A DNA stretch of 64,000 nt, from NCBI GenBank assembly GCA_963696805.1, contig CAVOLF010000009.1:120-64119 (forward strand). The letters are read 5' to 3'. Each line of letters begins with the position of its first letter. The first letter of the stretch is position 1. Origin of the DNA: an uncultured Rikenellaceae bacterium. Lineage in GTDB: Bacteria; Bacteroidota; Bacteroidia; Bacteroidales; VadinHA17. The notes under the pieces are model-generated. The model was not told the origin of the DNA. It did no database searches and saw nothing but the letters and a program-made list of their open reading frames with translations. Of the stretch, positions 12,101 through 23,565 are shown in pieces. The position numbers and the translations under genes are program-made.

Positions 12101-15100
12101 ACCTACCGTGTCAGGCCGGTATTCGGCGCCACCTGTATAGGCGACTGGGTTAACGTGGTTGTCACCGTCAGGCCGCAGCCGGTTATACTTCCCGGCCAGG
12201 CTCAGACAGTCTGCTCAAACACTGCATCCGCGCTTGAGATACGTCTTGTACCGGTCAACACCCCTGCGGGCAGCACCTTCAGCTGGCCCTTGCCGGTGAT
12301 GTCTGACGGATCATGTACAGGGTACAACCGGAACCAACGTGCCTGCTGACCCTGCAGGAACAACTCACATAACTGATACATTTGAAAATTACGGTGCTGC
12401 ACCGATCACGGCAACATACACGGTTACCCCATACAGCTCGTTCAGCTGCGCCGGTACGCCGAGTGGATGTGGTCATTACGTCAATCCAGAGCCTGCTGCA
12501 CCAGTGATCACGGGTGATGATCTGCTTTGTACAAATCAGACCGGTGTTGTCTATATGGTGCGCTCCATCCGGGATCGTCATACACCTGGATTGTGCCGGC
12601 ATCAGTGGGGATCAAAGACCTTTGACGCCAACTCCAATGCAATAATCATCACCGCCGCAGCAGCAGCCGGCAGCGGAACGATAACCGTTACCGAGACCAA
12701 CAGTTACGGTTGCACAGGTCATTGCCGGGACCTTTGACGTTGATGTCACTGGCGCCGTCTCCTGTGTCAACCATTACCGGCGATGATGTTGTATGCGCCC
12801 TTGAGACTGCGGTTTATTCCGTTCCGAACAATGCCGGATCAGTCTATACATGGACCCTCCCGACAGGAGCTGCACTTATTGGTGATCCCTCGGCAGCATC
12901 GATAACGGTGACCTTCGGTACCATCAGCGGAAGCATATCCGTGCGCGAGGTCAATGCCGCAGGATGTATCACCAACCATACACCGCTGCCGGTTACCGTA
13001 AGGCCTCTGCCCACGGCAATCATAAGTAACAGCGGTACTATCTGCGTTGAAGACACTCATCCTGTAAACATCACACTGACAGGAACGGCTCCGTGGAGTG
13101 TTGTCTATGCCATCAACGGCGCGGATCAACCTGCCCTGAACATTGCTGCCAGTCCATATACTCTCAATGCGAACTCAGCCGGCAACTATACCATCACCAG
13201 TGTTACCGATGCTAACGGTTGTACCAATACAGGTATCGGAAATGCAACAGTAGTCATATTATCCCCGTTCCCACAGCAACTATCAGCGGTACGACGGAAA
13301 TGTGTTCCGGAGGATCTGCAGTCATCACCATTACTCTAACCGGTGCATGCCCGTATGACTTTCATATACTGACGGCATCAACACCAGTGACAGTTACAAA
13401 TCATCCAGCAATGGTTTATACTGCGACGGTCACACCGGCAGTGACCGACCACTTATACCGTTACGTCTATGAATGACAACAACGGTTGTCTGGGAACATT
13501 GCTTGGACGGCCGTTGTTACAATCAATCCCAGACCGGTTCTTACTCTTGCCGGAACAAATCTCTCGTGCTTCGGTGACAACAGCGGGGCGATTGATCTTT
13601 CTGTCGCTGCCGGAACGGCTCCGTTCAGCTATGCATGGACCGGTCCTGGTGGCTTCACCGCCGGAACAGAAGATATATCCGGACTGCAGGCAGGTTATTA
13701 TGCGGTCACCGTGACTGACAGCAAGGGCTGTACTGCTCACGGCAACATAACGCTTACGCAACCAACGGTGCTTACTCTCTCGAAATCGGGAGATATTGCG
13801 CTGCAATGCAACGGAGCAACCAATGGCGCCGGAAGTTTCACCGCTGCCGGAGGCACGCTGCCTTATACGTTCACGGAAGTGTTTAATAGCTCTTTGGCCA
13901 CACTGACCAATGGGCCGGCTTCCGTCTCGGTAACCAATGCCGGTGCAGGAACCATAACGGTCAGGGTAACGGATGCCAACGGCTGCACTGCAGAATCGAC
14001 AATCTTTGTCACGCAGCCACCTGCTCTGAATCTCTCTGCCACCACCACCAACATTCTTTGTTTCGGTGGCAACAACGGTATGATCATAACCACCGTCACC
14101 GGAGGCACGCCGCCCTATCTCTATGCATGGACCGCTTCTGGCGGCGGCAGCGGGCTGACGGCAGGTGCTCAGAACCAGAGCGGACTTACGGCAGGCACCT
14201 ATGACGTCACCGTCACCGACGCCAACGGCTGCCAGACAACAGGCTCATGGACACTTACCCAGCCGACAGCGCTGGTGGTTACCGCGACGGCTGATGACAA
14301 CCTCATCGGCACCTGCTCAAGCGCCCAGCTTAACACTACCGTATCGGGCGGGGTTGTACCCGCCGGCGGGTATATCTACAGCTGGTCGCCTTCAGCAGGC
14401 CTCAGTGCAGCCAATATTGCCAATCCGGTTGCCACACCTGCCTCAACAACAACCTATACCGTCACCGTCACTGACGCCAACGGATGTATCAAAACGAGCT
14501 CTGTCACCATCAATGTGGCTCCCGTTCTCACGGCGGTGGCATTTGCCGATGACAATCTTATCGGCACCTGTCCGTCTTCAGTGGCACAGCTTAACGTCAA
14601 CGTCAACGGCGGCGAGGCTCCCTACAGCTTCAGCTGGCTGCCCGTTGCCGGACTGACGCCTGCGAACATCCAGAATCCCGTTGCCAAACCGGCAGCCACA
14701 ACCATCTACACCGTGACTGTCACCGACGCCAACGGATGTACCGCAACCGCAAATGTGACAATCAATGTGGCTCCGGCTCTTGATGTGACCGCAACGGTTG
14801 ATGACAATCTGATCGGACTCTGTCCGTCGTCTGTTGCGCACCTCAGCGCCACGGCCACCGGCGGTGAAGGAGGGTATACATACCTGTGGGACAATGCGGC
14901 TACGCTTGATGATCCCGCGAGGGCCAACCCGACAGCCAAGCCGGGTGTCACCACCACCTACACTGTCACCGTCACCGATGCCAACGGCTGCACCGACCAG
15001 GCAACCATTGTTGTCAACGTCGCTCCTGCCCTCACTGTCACTGCCAGTGCTGATGACCTGTTCATCGGCACCTGCCCGTCTTCTGTCTCGCACCTTGATG

Positions 15101-18100
15101 CGACAGTCATTGGCGGCGAGGCCGGTTACACCTACAAGTGGACACCGCTGACAGGGCTTGATGACAGCAACATCCAGACGCCGACAGCCAAGCCGGCCGT
15201 CACTACCACCTATACCGTCACCGTGACTGACGTCAACGGATGTCAGGCTACTGATGTCATCACCATCACCGTCAGGCCTGCCCTGACGCTCACGCTGGCT
15301 GTTGATGACAGCTCGATAGGCACATGCCCGACCTCGGAGGCACATATCACCTCCACTGCCGGCGGCGGAGAACCGGGGTACACCTACCTCTGGACACCCG
15401 CAGCAGGCCTCAGCAGTGACATTGATCCCAACCCGACGGCCAAGCCGGCTGCCACGACGACCTATACTCTTACCGTGACTGACCAGAACGGCTGTACAAT
15501 ATCAAGGGATATCACCATCACGGTTGTCCCCGCGCTTACTGTCACCGCTTCGGCCACTGACCTGCTGATAGGCACCTGTCCTACCTCTACGAGCACGCTC
15601 AATGCCGTTGCCCTCGGAGGCGAACCGGGATACACCTACAGCTGGCTGCCGGCAGCAGGACTTGACAATCCCGCCCTGCAGTCGCCCCTGGCCAAGCCAC
15701 TGGTCACCACCACCTACACCGTCACGGTAACAGACAACAACGGCTGTACTGCCACGGCTGCCGTGACCATCACCGTGGCTCCGGACCTTACTGCAGCAGC
15801 TACGGCTGATGACCTGACGATAGGCACCTGTCCGACCTCGGTGTCACATCTCAATGTGACTGCCAACGGTGGTGAGCCGGGGTACACATACCTCTGGTCG
15901 CCCGTCACCGGGCTGAGTGATCCTAACAGCAAGACCCCGACAGCCAAACCGGCAGCCACCACAACCTATACAGTCACCGTGACTGACGCCAATGGCTGTC
16001 AGACCACTGCTGCTGTAACGATTGTTGTTGCCCCGGTGCTGAATGTCACCGTCTCGGCTGACGATTACAATATAGGCACCTGCCCGTCGTCCGACGCACA
16101 GCTCACAGCTGTTGCCGGCGGAGGTGAACCGGGATATACTTACCTGTGGTCACCCGCCACCGGACTGTCAGATGCCGGCATTGCAAATCCTGTAGCCAAG
16201 CCTGCAGTGACCACCTCCTACACGGTGCTTGTCACCGATGTCAACGGATGTACAGCCACGGCCTCACTGACAATAACAGTTGCACCGGCTCTTGCAGCCA
16301 CTGCGTCAGCCAGTGACCCGAACATCGGCACCTGCCCGACTTCAACGAGCACCCTCGATGTGATCGTCACGGGAGGCGAGCCAGGTTACACCTACAGCTG
16401 GGCACCTGCAGCAAGCCTTACCGGCGCTGCAACCAAGAATCCCGTTGCCAAGCCGGCCGTCACAACCACCTATACTGTGACGGTGACTGACAACAACGGA
16501 TGCACCACAACGGCGACTGTCACGGTTAATGTTCTTCCCGCCCTTGTTGCCACGGCCACTGCTGATGATCTTATAATAGGCACCTGCCCGACATCAAGAT
16601 CGAATCTGGGTGTTACGGTCACCGGCGGCGAACCTGGTTATACCTATAGCTGGTCACCCGTGCTGGGTCTAAATAATCCTAATGTCAGCAATCCTGTTGC
16701 CAAGCCGGCTGTGACGACGACTTACACAGTCACCGTCACTGACGCCAACGGCTGCCAGGCAACAGATGCCATAACCATAACCGTCCAGCCTGACCTGGCT
16801 GTCTCGGCCGTTGCCGATGACAACATTCTCAGCACCTGTCCGACCTCCGTGGCGCAGCTTACTGCCACGGCCCTCGGTGGTGAGGAGATTGCCGGCGGCG
16901 GTTATCTCTGGAGCTGGGCTCCTTCGGCCGGGCTTAGTGCAACCAATATTCCCAACCCGATTGCCAAGCCGGCATCAACGACGACCTATACAGTCACCGT
17001 AACTGATGCCAACGGATGTACGGCCACCAATACTGTCGCCGTTGAGGTTCGTCCTCCTCTTGCTGCCATTGCTACGGCTACCGACTACCTGATTGGAGAC
17101 TGTCCGGCCTCCACCACCACCCTTGACGTGACTGTCACAGGGGGTGAGATGCCGTATGTTTACAGCTGGGCTCCCGCAGCATCGCTCAATGATCCCGCAA
17201 TCAAGAGTCCGGTTGCCAAACCGCTTGTTAATACGACATACACGGTAACCGTCACCGATGCCAACGGCTGTACCGTCACGGCAAACGTGACCATCAACAT
17301 TGCACCCCCGCTTGTGGCCACTGCAACAGTAGATGATGACCCGATTGGGGCCTGTCCGACTTCGGTGGCTCATCTGAGCACCACCGTCAGCGGCGGCGAA
17401 GGCGGGTACACATACCTGTGGGATAATGCCGGCACGCTTAATGATGCAACCATGGCCAATCCGACGGCCAAACCGGCAGTCTCAACGCTATATACCGTTC
17501 TTGTGACCGATTCCAACGGCTGTACCACCACCGCACAGGTGCTGGTCAACGTGGCTCCGCCGCTGACGGTGACAGCCAGCGCTGATGACTACATCATCGG
17601 TGCCTGCCCGGCTTCGGTGGCCCACCTAACAGCCATCGGCGCCGGTGGTGAGTTACCTGTCTCAGGAGACTATATCTACAACTGGTCGCCTGCCGCAGGT
17701 CTCAACTACACCAATGTGGCAAGTCCGACGGCGAAGCCTGCAGCGACGACAACCTACACGGTGACTATCACCGACAGGAACGGCTGTACCGCTTCTGACC
17801 AGGTGACCATCACGGTCAATCCGCCGATAGTGCTCACCACCACTCCCGTCGTTTATGCCGGTGGTTACAACATAACCTGCAACGGTGCCACCGACGGGGC
17901 CATTGACCTTGGTGTCAGCGGAGGTGAGCTTCCCTATGCGTACGTATGGACCGGTCCTTCAGGATACACCTCCGCAGTTCAGGATATAAGCGGCCTGGCA
18001 GCAGGGACATACAATGTCACGGTCACCGACGCCAACAACTGCACGTCAGTCACCACCGTTGTTCTTCTTGAGCCGGCCGTGCTGACGCTTGGCAGGACTC

Positions 18101-21100
18101 CGGATGTGGTTCTTGCATGTTATGGTGACGCAACCGCCACCGGTTCATTCACAGTCTCGGGGGGCACTTCGCCTTATATTCTGAGTGTTGTGAGTGACAA
18201 CACCGGTGCTGCCGTGACCATCACCGGAACACAGCTGTCGTTCACCGGCGCTGCTGCCGGCACTATCACGGCAGGAGTCATTGATGACAACGGCTGCAGC
18301 ACGCAGGCATCCATCATCATCACTCAGCCTCCGCAGCTCACCCCCGGTACCATTGCCGGTGACCAGGAGGTCTGTTACCTCGGCAATCCGACGCCGCTCA
18401 ATGAGGTGACGGCGCCTGCCGGCGGCCCGGCCGTGATACTGATCCAGTGGGAGCGCAGCCTTGACGGCGGCGGCACCTGGAGCAATGTTTCCGGGGCAAC
18501 AACAGCCTCATATGATCCTCCTGCCGGTATACTGCAGACGACACACTTCCGTCGGCGCGTCAACTCGGCAGCATGTGATCCCGCATACAGTGATACGGTC
18601 ATCGTGACAGTCAATCCTCTGCCTGTGGCTTCTATATCCGGTGCAGGATTTGTCTGCCCGGGCGATGCTGCAACGCTGACGGTAACTGTCACCACGGGAG
18701 AATCGCCCTTCACGGTTGTGCTGAGCGACGGAACGACTGTTGCGAATTACCTGAGCGGCAGTCCGATTACCGTTAACCCGTTTGCCACAACAACATATAC
18801 TATATCATCGGTTACGGACAACAACGGATGCGTTGTCTCTGCTCCGCATGCTGACCTTACCGGTTCTGCCACCATTGATGTCAAGGTTGTTCCGGAGATA
18901 GTCCTTGAGCCGGTCAATGTGGCCGTCTGCGAGGATGATGTTGCAACCTTTGTCACCGATGCAGGCATGACCACCAATCCGCTTTACCAGTGGTATGTCG
19001 ACACAGGATCAGGCATGACCCTGATGCCCGGTGAGACAGCGGCAACGCTTATCCTCACGGCGGTATCCGCAATGAACGGGAACAGTTACCAGGCTATTAT
19101 TTCAGGCGACTGCCCGGTTCCGGTCACATCGTCAACCGTGACCCTTACCGTCAGGGAGAAGCCTGAGATCATCACCCAGCCTTCAGCCGTGACACTATGT
19201 TCCGGCGAGGATGCAATCTTCACCGTTGACGCCGGTGTCACAACCAATCCTTTGTATCAGTGGTATGTCAATTCCGGCAGCGGATGGACCCCGGCGACCG
19301 GGGCGCGCTACCAGGGAGCCAACACTGCCACACTGACGGTAGTGAGCGTGCTGGAGATGATGTCTGGTTACCAGTATTTGGTAAGGGTATCGGGTAGCTG
19401 TATACCTTATATAGAATCGATACCTGTAACACTTACTGTCACCCGCCAGGCTGAGATCACCCAGCATCCGGCAAGCCTCACTCTCTGCGAGGGTCAGCCG
19501 GCAGTCTTTACCGTGAATGCCGGGCTCACAACCAATCCTTCATACCAGTGGGAGATCAGCAGTGACGGAGGAATGACATGGGCGCCTCTTGCCGGTGCCA
19601 CTGCCGCAACCTACACCATTGCAACGGCTGCCACTGCAGACAACAACACGGCTTACCGTGCCATTGTCAGCAGCACCTGCGGATCAGTCATAACATCGCT
19701 GCCGGCCTTCCTGACAGTCAATGAGCTGCCGGAGATAACTGACCAGCCTGATGATGTTACCATCTGTGAGTATGCCATAGCCGACTTCATTGTTGATGCA
19801 GGCGTCACCACCGGTGCAGCATACAGGTGGCAGCGCAGCATTAACGGAGGGACCACCTGGAACAACCTGACGGAGACAGCCACCTACTTCGGTGTCTCAA
19901 CGATGAACCTCAAGGTGAACGGCACTCAACGGACCATGAGCGGGGATATGTTCAGGGTTATAGTATCCGGGACATGCCTGCCGCCTGACACTTCTTCTGC
20001 TGCTCTCCTGACGGTCAACACCGCCCCGGAGATCCTTGCACAGCCGGTTGCCTCTTCGATATGTGAGAACACCAACACATCATTCACGGTTGCCGCACAG
20101 GGCACAGCCATCACGTACCAGTGGTTCGTCGATACCGGCTCCGGGTTCAGCGCAGTGAGCAACGGCGGTGTCTATGCCGGCGCCACCTCGAACACGCTGA
20201 CGCTGACGAATGTTCCAAGGACCTACGATAATTACCGTTACCGCGTCGAGGTTACAGGAACATGTGTTCCGAAGGCCATTTCACAGACGGTGCAGCTTGA
20301 TGTCTCGATTGAGACCATCATCAACACGCAGCCTGCCGGTATGGCCATCTGCGAGTTCATGACGGCCAGCTTCACCGCTCTTGCCGACGGTGCCAACCTG
20401 GGTTACCAGTGGCAGACCTTTGACGGAACGAACTGGATCAACATGACTAATACCGGCCTTTACCTTGGTGTACAGACACCTACTCTGATGGTGTTCGGTC
20501 CGCCGAGAACCATGGACGGCACCCGTTACAGGGTAGTCATTAGTGGCGACTGTTCGGCTGACCTCATCTCAAACGAGGCTGTTCTGACAGTTTACACAGC
20601 TCCGGAAATTTCCGATCATCCCGATGAGTTCAGGGGTTGTCCGGCAGGAAGCGCAACGTTCAGCGTTGTTGCCGCGGGCACCAGCCTTACCTACCAGTGG
20701 CAGGTAAACAGCGGTGCGGGGTTCGTCAATGTGACGGACAACGCTACCTATTCAGGTACCGCCACACCCAACCTTACAATCAATAACCTTAATCTCTCGA
20801 TGAACGGTTACCTGGTTAGGGTGGTTGTGTCAGGCACCTGTCTGCCGCCTGTCATGAGTTCGTTCGTACCTCTCAGGGTCTACATGGAGCCTTCGATCAT
20901 CACCCAGCCGGCTGATGCCGAGGTTTGTGCCCAGACCGGCACCGCCTTCTTCTCGCAGGTGTTCAATACCGGAGCAGGAGAGACCACGGTATGGCAGGTA
21001 AATGAAGGCTCGGGCTGGAACAGTCTGAGTGACGGAGCTCTCTACCAGGGCACCCAGACGCCGCAGCTGGTGTTGATGAACACCACCACCGCGATGAACG

Positions 21101-22986
21101 GGTGGCACTACAGGCTCGAGATCACCGGTCCGTGCGGGCTCTACTACACCCGCGAGGCACTGTTGACGGTCAACGCATGGCCTACGGCACAGATTGCGCC
21201 TGTCGATACGCTCCTCGTCTGCGGCGGCGTGCCCACACAACTGCACGGTAATCCTGCAGGAGGCTCACTGGTATACACGAACCACAGATGGTTCGGAGAT
21301 ATCGGGCCGCTGAGCCAGTTCAACATCGAGAATCCCGTGTTCAACACCTCCATGGCCGGCTATTACAGGCTGACCTACCAGGTGACCGACAGCAAGGGAT
21401 GCATGGGGATTGACACGCTGGTGGTTGAGGTTGAAAAACCGGTTGCCATGTTCACGGTAGATAATCCATCGGGTTGTCAGCCGCTGACAGTCAACTTCAC
21501 CAACGGATCCTCAGGTTATGTGTCGGTCCTCTGGAACTTTGGAGACACTCAGACTTCGACAAATGTCAGCCCGACGCATACATATCCTAATCTAGGACCT
21601 ACCCTGGCTAATTATACAGTCAGGCTGGAGGTCACCTCAGCCAACGGATGCGTTTCGTCAATGGAGAACAACATAACCGTCTTCCCGGAGATCCTCTCTG
21701 ACTTCATCATGAGCAATGACACCATCTGTTCCGGCGAGAGCGTCACCTTCTCGACGGTGCCGACCGCCCTGAACTACCACTGGACTTACGGGGACGGTAA
21801 CGTGGAGACCGGTTCGAATGTCATCAGCCATATATACTACAACAATACCACTGCCCCGGTGACTTACAGTGTCAAGCTGAGGACCGAATCGTTCTTCGGT
21901 TGCATCAGTGAGACAACGGTGCCGCTGGTTGTCTATCCGAAACCGGTACCTGCATTTGTTGCCGCTCCGGCGTCGCAGATCTTCCCGGCTGCCACCGTCA
22001 CTTTCACAAACAATACGAACGCGGGCACATGGAACTGGCTGTGGAACTTCGCTGACGGCAACACATCGCCTGTGGAGTCACCGGTGTATACCTATGCTGC
22101 CCCGGGCGACTTCAACGTGAGCCTGACAGTCAGCAACGGCGTCTGCACGGAGGTGGTGACTCACCTTGTAAGGGTTCTGCCTACTCCGCCGATTGCCGCT
22201 TTTGACTCGATACCGTCAGGCTGTATGCCGTGGAGGATTACACCAAACAACACCTCACTGTATGCCACAACATACTACTGGGACTTTGGTGACGGGTACA
22301 CATCCAATGCTGCCAGTCCGACATATACCTATGTACAGCCGGGCACATACCAGATCACACTGTATGTCACCGGTCCGGGCGGGAATGCCTCGACCTCAAG
22401 GATAGTCAATGTCTATCCTTCACCCAGGGCCTACTTTGATGTCTCGCCGCCAAAGGTATATGTCAACGATGAGGATGTGAGGATGTTCAACCTCACTGAC
22501 GGCGGTTCGAGCTTTATCTGGGAGTTTGGTGACGGCGACACGTCGCATTTGCGCGATCCGTTCCACAGGTACACCACCGAGGGCATCTATGATATCACGC
22601 TTCATGCCTACTCTGAGAACGGGTGCTATGACACCTACATAAAGTCGCCCGGAGTGACTGTAGAGCCTTTCGGAGACCTTATCTTTGCCACGGTCTTCAA
22701 GCCCAACCCCGACGGTCCGATAGAGATCGATGAGCTGCCCAACAGCGGTGAAGAGATGGATATGTTCTTCTTCCCGCCGATCAGGGAGACCGTGCTTGAA
22801 TACCATATGCAGATCTTCAACCGGTGGGGTACGCTGATCTTCGAGACCTATGACATCAACAGGCCATGGAACGGCTATTACAAGGGCACTCTCTGCCAGC
22901 AGGGTGTCTATGTATGGCTCGTGGAGGGCAAGTATGCCAACGGCAGGCCGTTCAAGAAGGCAGGAGACATCACGCTGCTCCATTGA
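6134..22986 (+). CDS. Giant repeat adhesin (~5,600 aa if reassembled) with PKD-like, SprB-like and Ig-like repeats and a type B T9SS (gliding-motility-associated) C-terminal domain; many frameshifts before 13486
   Basis: Signal-peptide-like start at 6134; overlapping ORFs 6297..8603, 8585..9880, fragments to 13476, then an intact 3166-aa ORF ending F.PN.DG...IFNRWG...WNGYYKG...GVYVW...GDITLLH. Confidence 0.85.
9870..11290 (+). repeat. Five ~280-bp coding tandem repeats (PKD-like domains)
   Basis: TVNP.GQVNDPADQVRCNGAATAAVNF.TNRSGGTTTY.W.NNNTSIGL recurs at ~9875, 10150, 10430, 10712 and 10997. Confidence 0.85.
14260..17825 (+). repeat. Fourteen ~252-bp (~84 aa) coding tandem repeats
   Basis: Unit A.ADD..IGTCP.S...L...GGEPGYTY.W.P..GL......P.AKP..TTTYTVTVTD.NGC counted 14 times. 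Confidence 0.9.
18880..21175 (+). repeat. Eight Ig-like coding repeats
   Basis: PEI..QP.....C.....F.V.A......YQW......W......Y.G.....L......M.G..YRV...G.C recurs 8 times. Confidence 0.8.
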
Positions 22987-23013
22987 TATGGCATGCATGA
23001 TATGATGAAAATG

Positions 23014-23042
23014 GCAGAGGCGCCCGTTGTGGGCGCCTCTGT
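23014..23042. terminator. GC-rich hairpin between convergent genes (likely terminator)
   Basis: GCAGAGGCGCCC-gttgt-GGGCGCCTCTGT inverted repeat; a second shorter copy at 23091-23111. Confidence 0.55.
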
Positions 23043-23122
23043 CTGTATATCATCTGCACTGCTTGTTGCGGAACCGGATGAGAATGACGAAGGCGCCCGG
23101 TGTGGGCGCCTCTGTCTGTATA

Positions 23123-23302
23123 TCAACTGAATGGCTTGTCGGAGAAGGGGGATGAGAAGGGGCTGGAAGGGTCGCTCTTGCTGTCCCTCCTCCTGGGCGG
23201 AGGGTTGGGCGGCGCGGATGTCATCATGACAAGGGAGATAGAGTTGTCAAGCTCTATGCGGATCACCGCGGGCCTGACATATCTTCTCTTCTTCCTTTTC
23301 AT
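23123..23302 (-). CDS. 59-aa putative RiPP-like precursor peptide
   Basis: MKRKKRRYVRPAVIRIELDNSISLVMMTSAPPNPPPRRRDSKSDPSSPFSSPFSDKPFS; basic N-terminus plus YxxPxV leader motif; own -7 promoter box and downstream hairpins. Confidence 0.72.
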   Translation of the reverse strand: MKRKKRRYVRPAVIRIELDNSISLVMMTSAPPNPPPRRRDSKSDPSSPFSSPFSDKPFS

Positions 23303-23323
23303 TGACTGACTGATATTGCGCCT

Positions 23324-23331
23324 CAAATATA
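23324..23331 (-). promoter_or_regulatory. Bacteroidetes sigma70 -7 box for the small peptide gene
   Basis: TATATTTG (TAnnTTTG consensus) 21 bp upstream of the ATG at 23302. Confidence 0.6.
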
Positions 23332-23565
23332 AGGCATTTGATTTATACCCTTTTAAACATTTATCAACCGGTTATGTTCGGTTTGCCGTGTGCTGACTAT
23401 CTTGTTGATACTCTCTATTCACGATATTCTATTATTCTCTTTCTGCATACCGGTTAAACGGTCAACACCATTCTTTCCTTCTATCTTAATTAACGCTCCC
23501 TGAACCTGGTTATTTGGTCAATAGCATCTTTATATGTATCTCCTATTCCGCTCCTCTATGCCAGC

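Noticed and set aside
22908-23309. Alternative ORFs 22908..23126 (-) and 23100..23309 (+)
   Set aside because: They run through the terminator hairpins or are antisense to the better-supported peptide gene, and lack promoter support.
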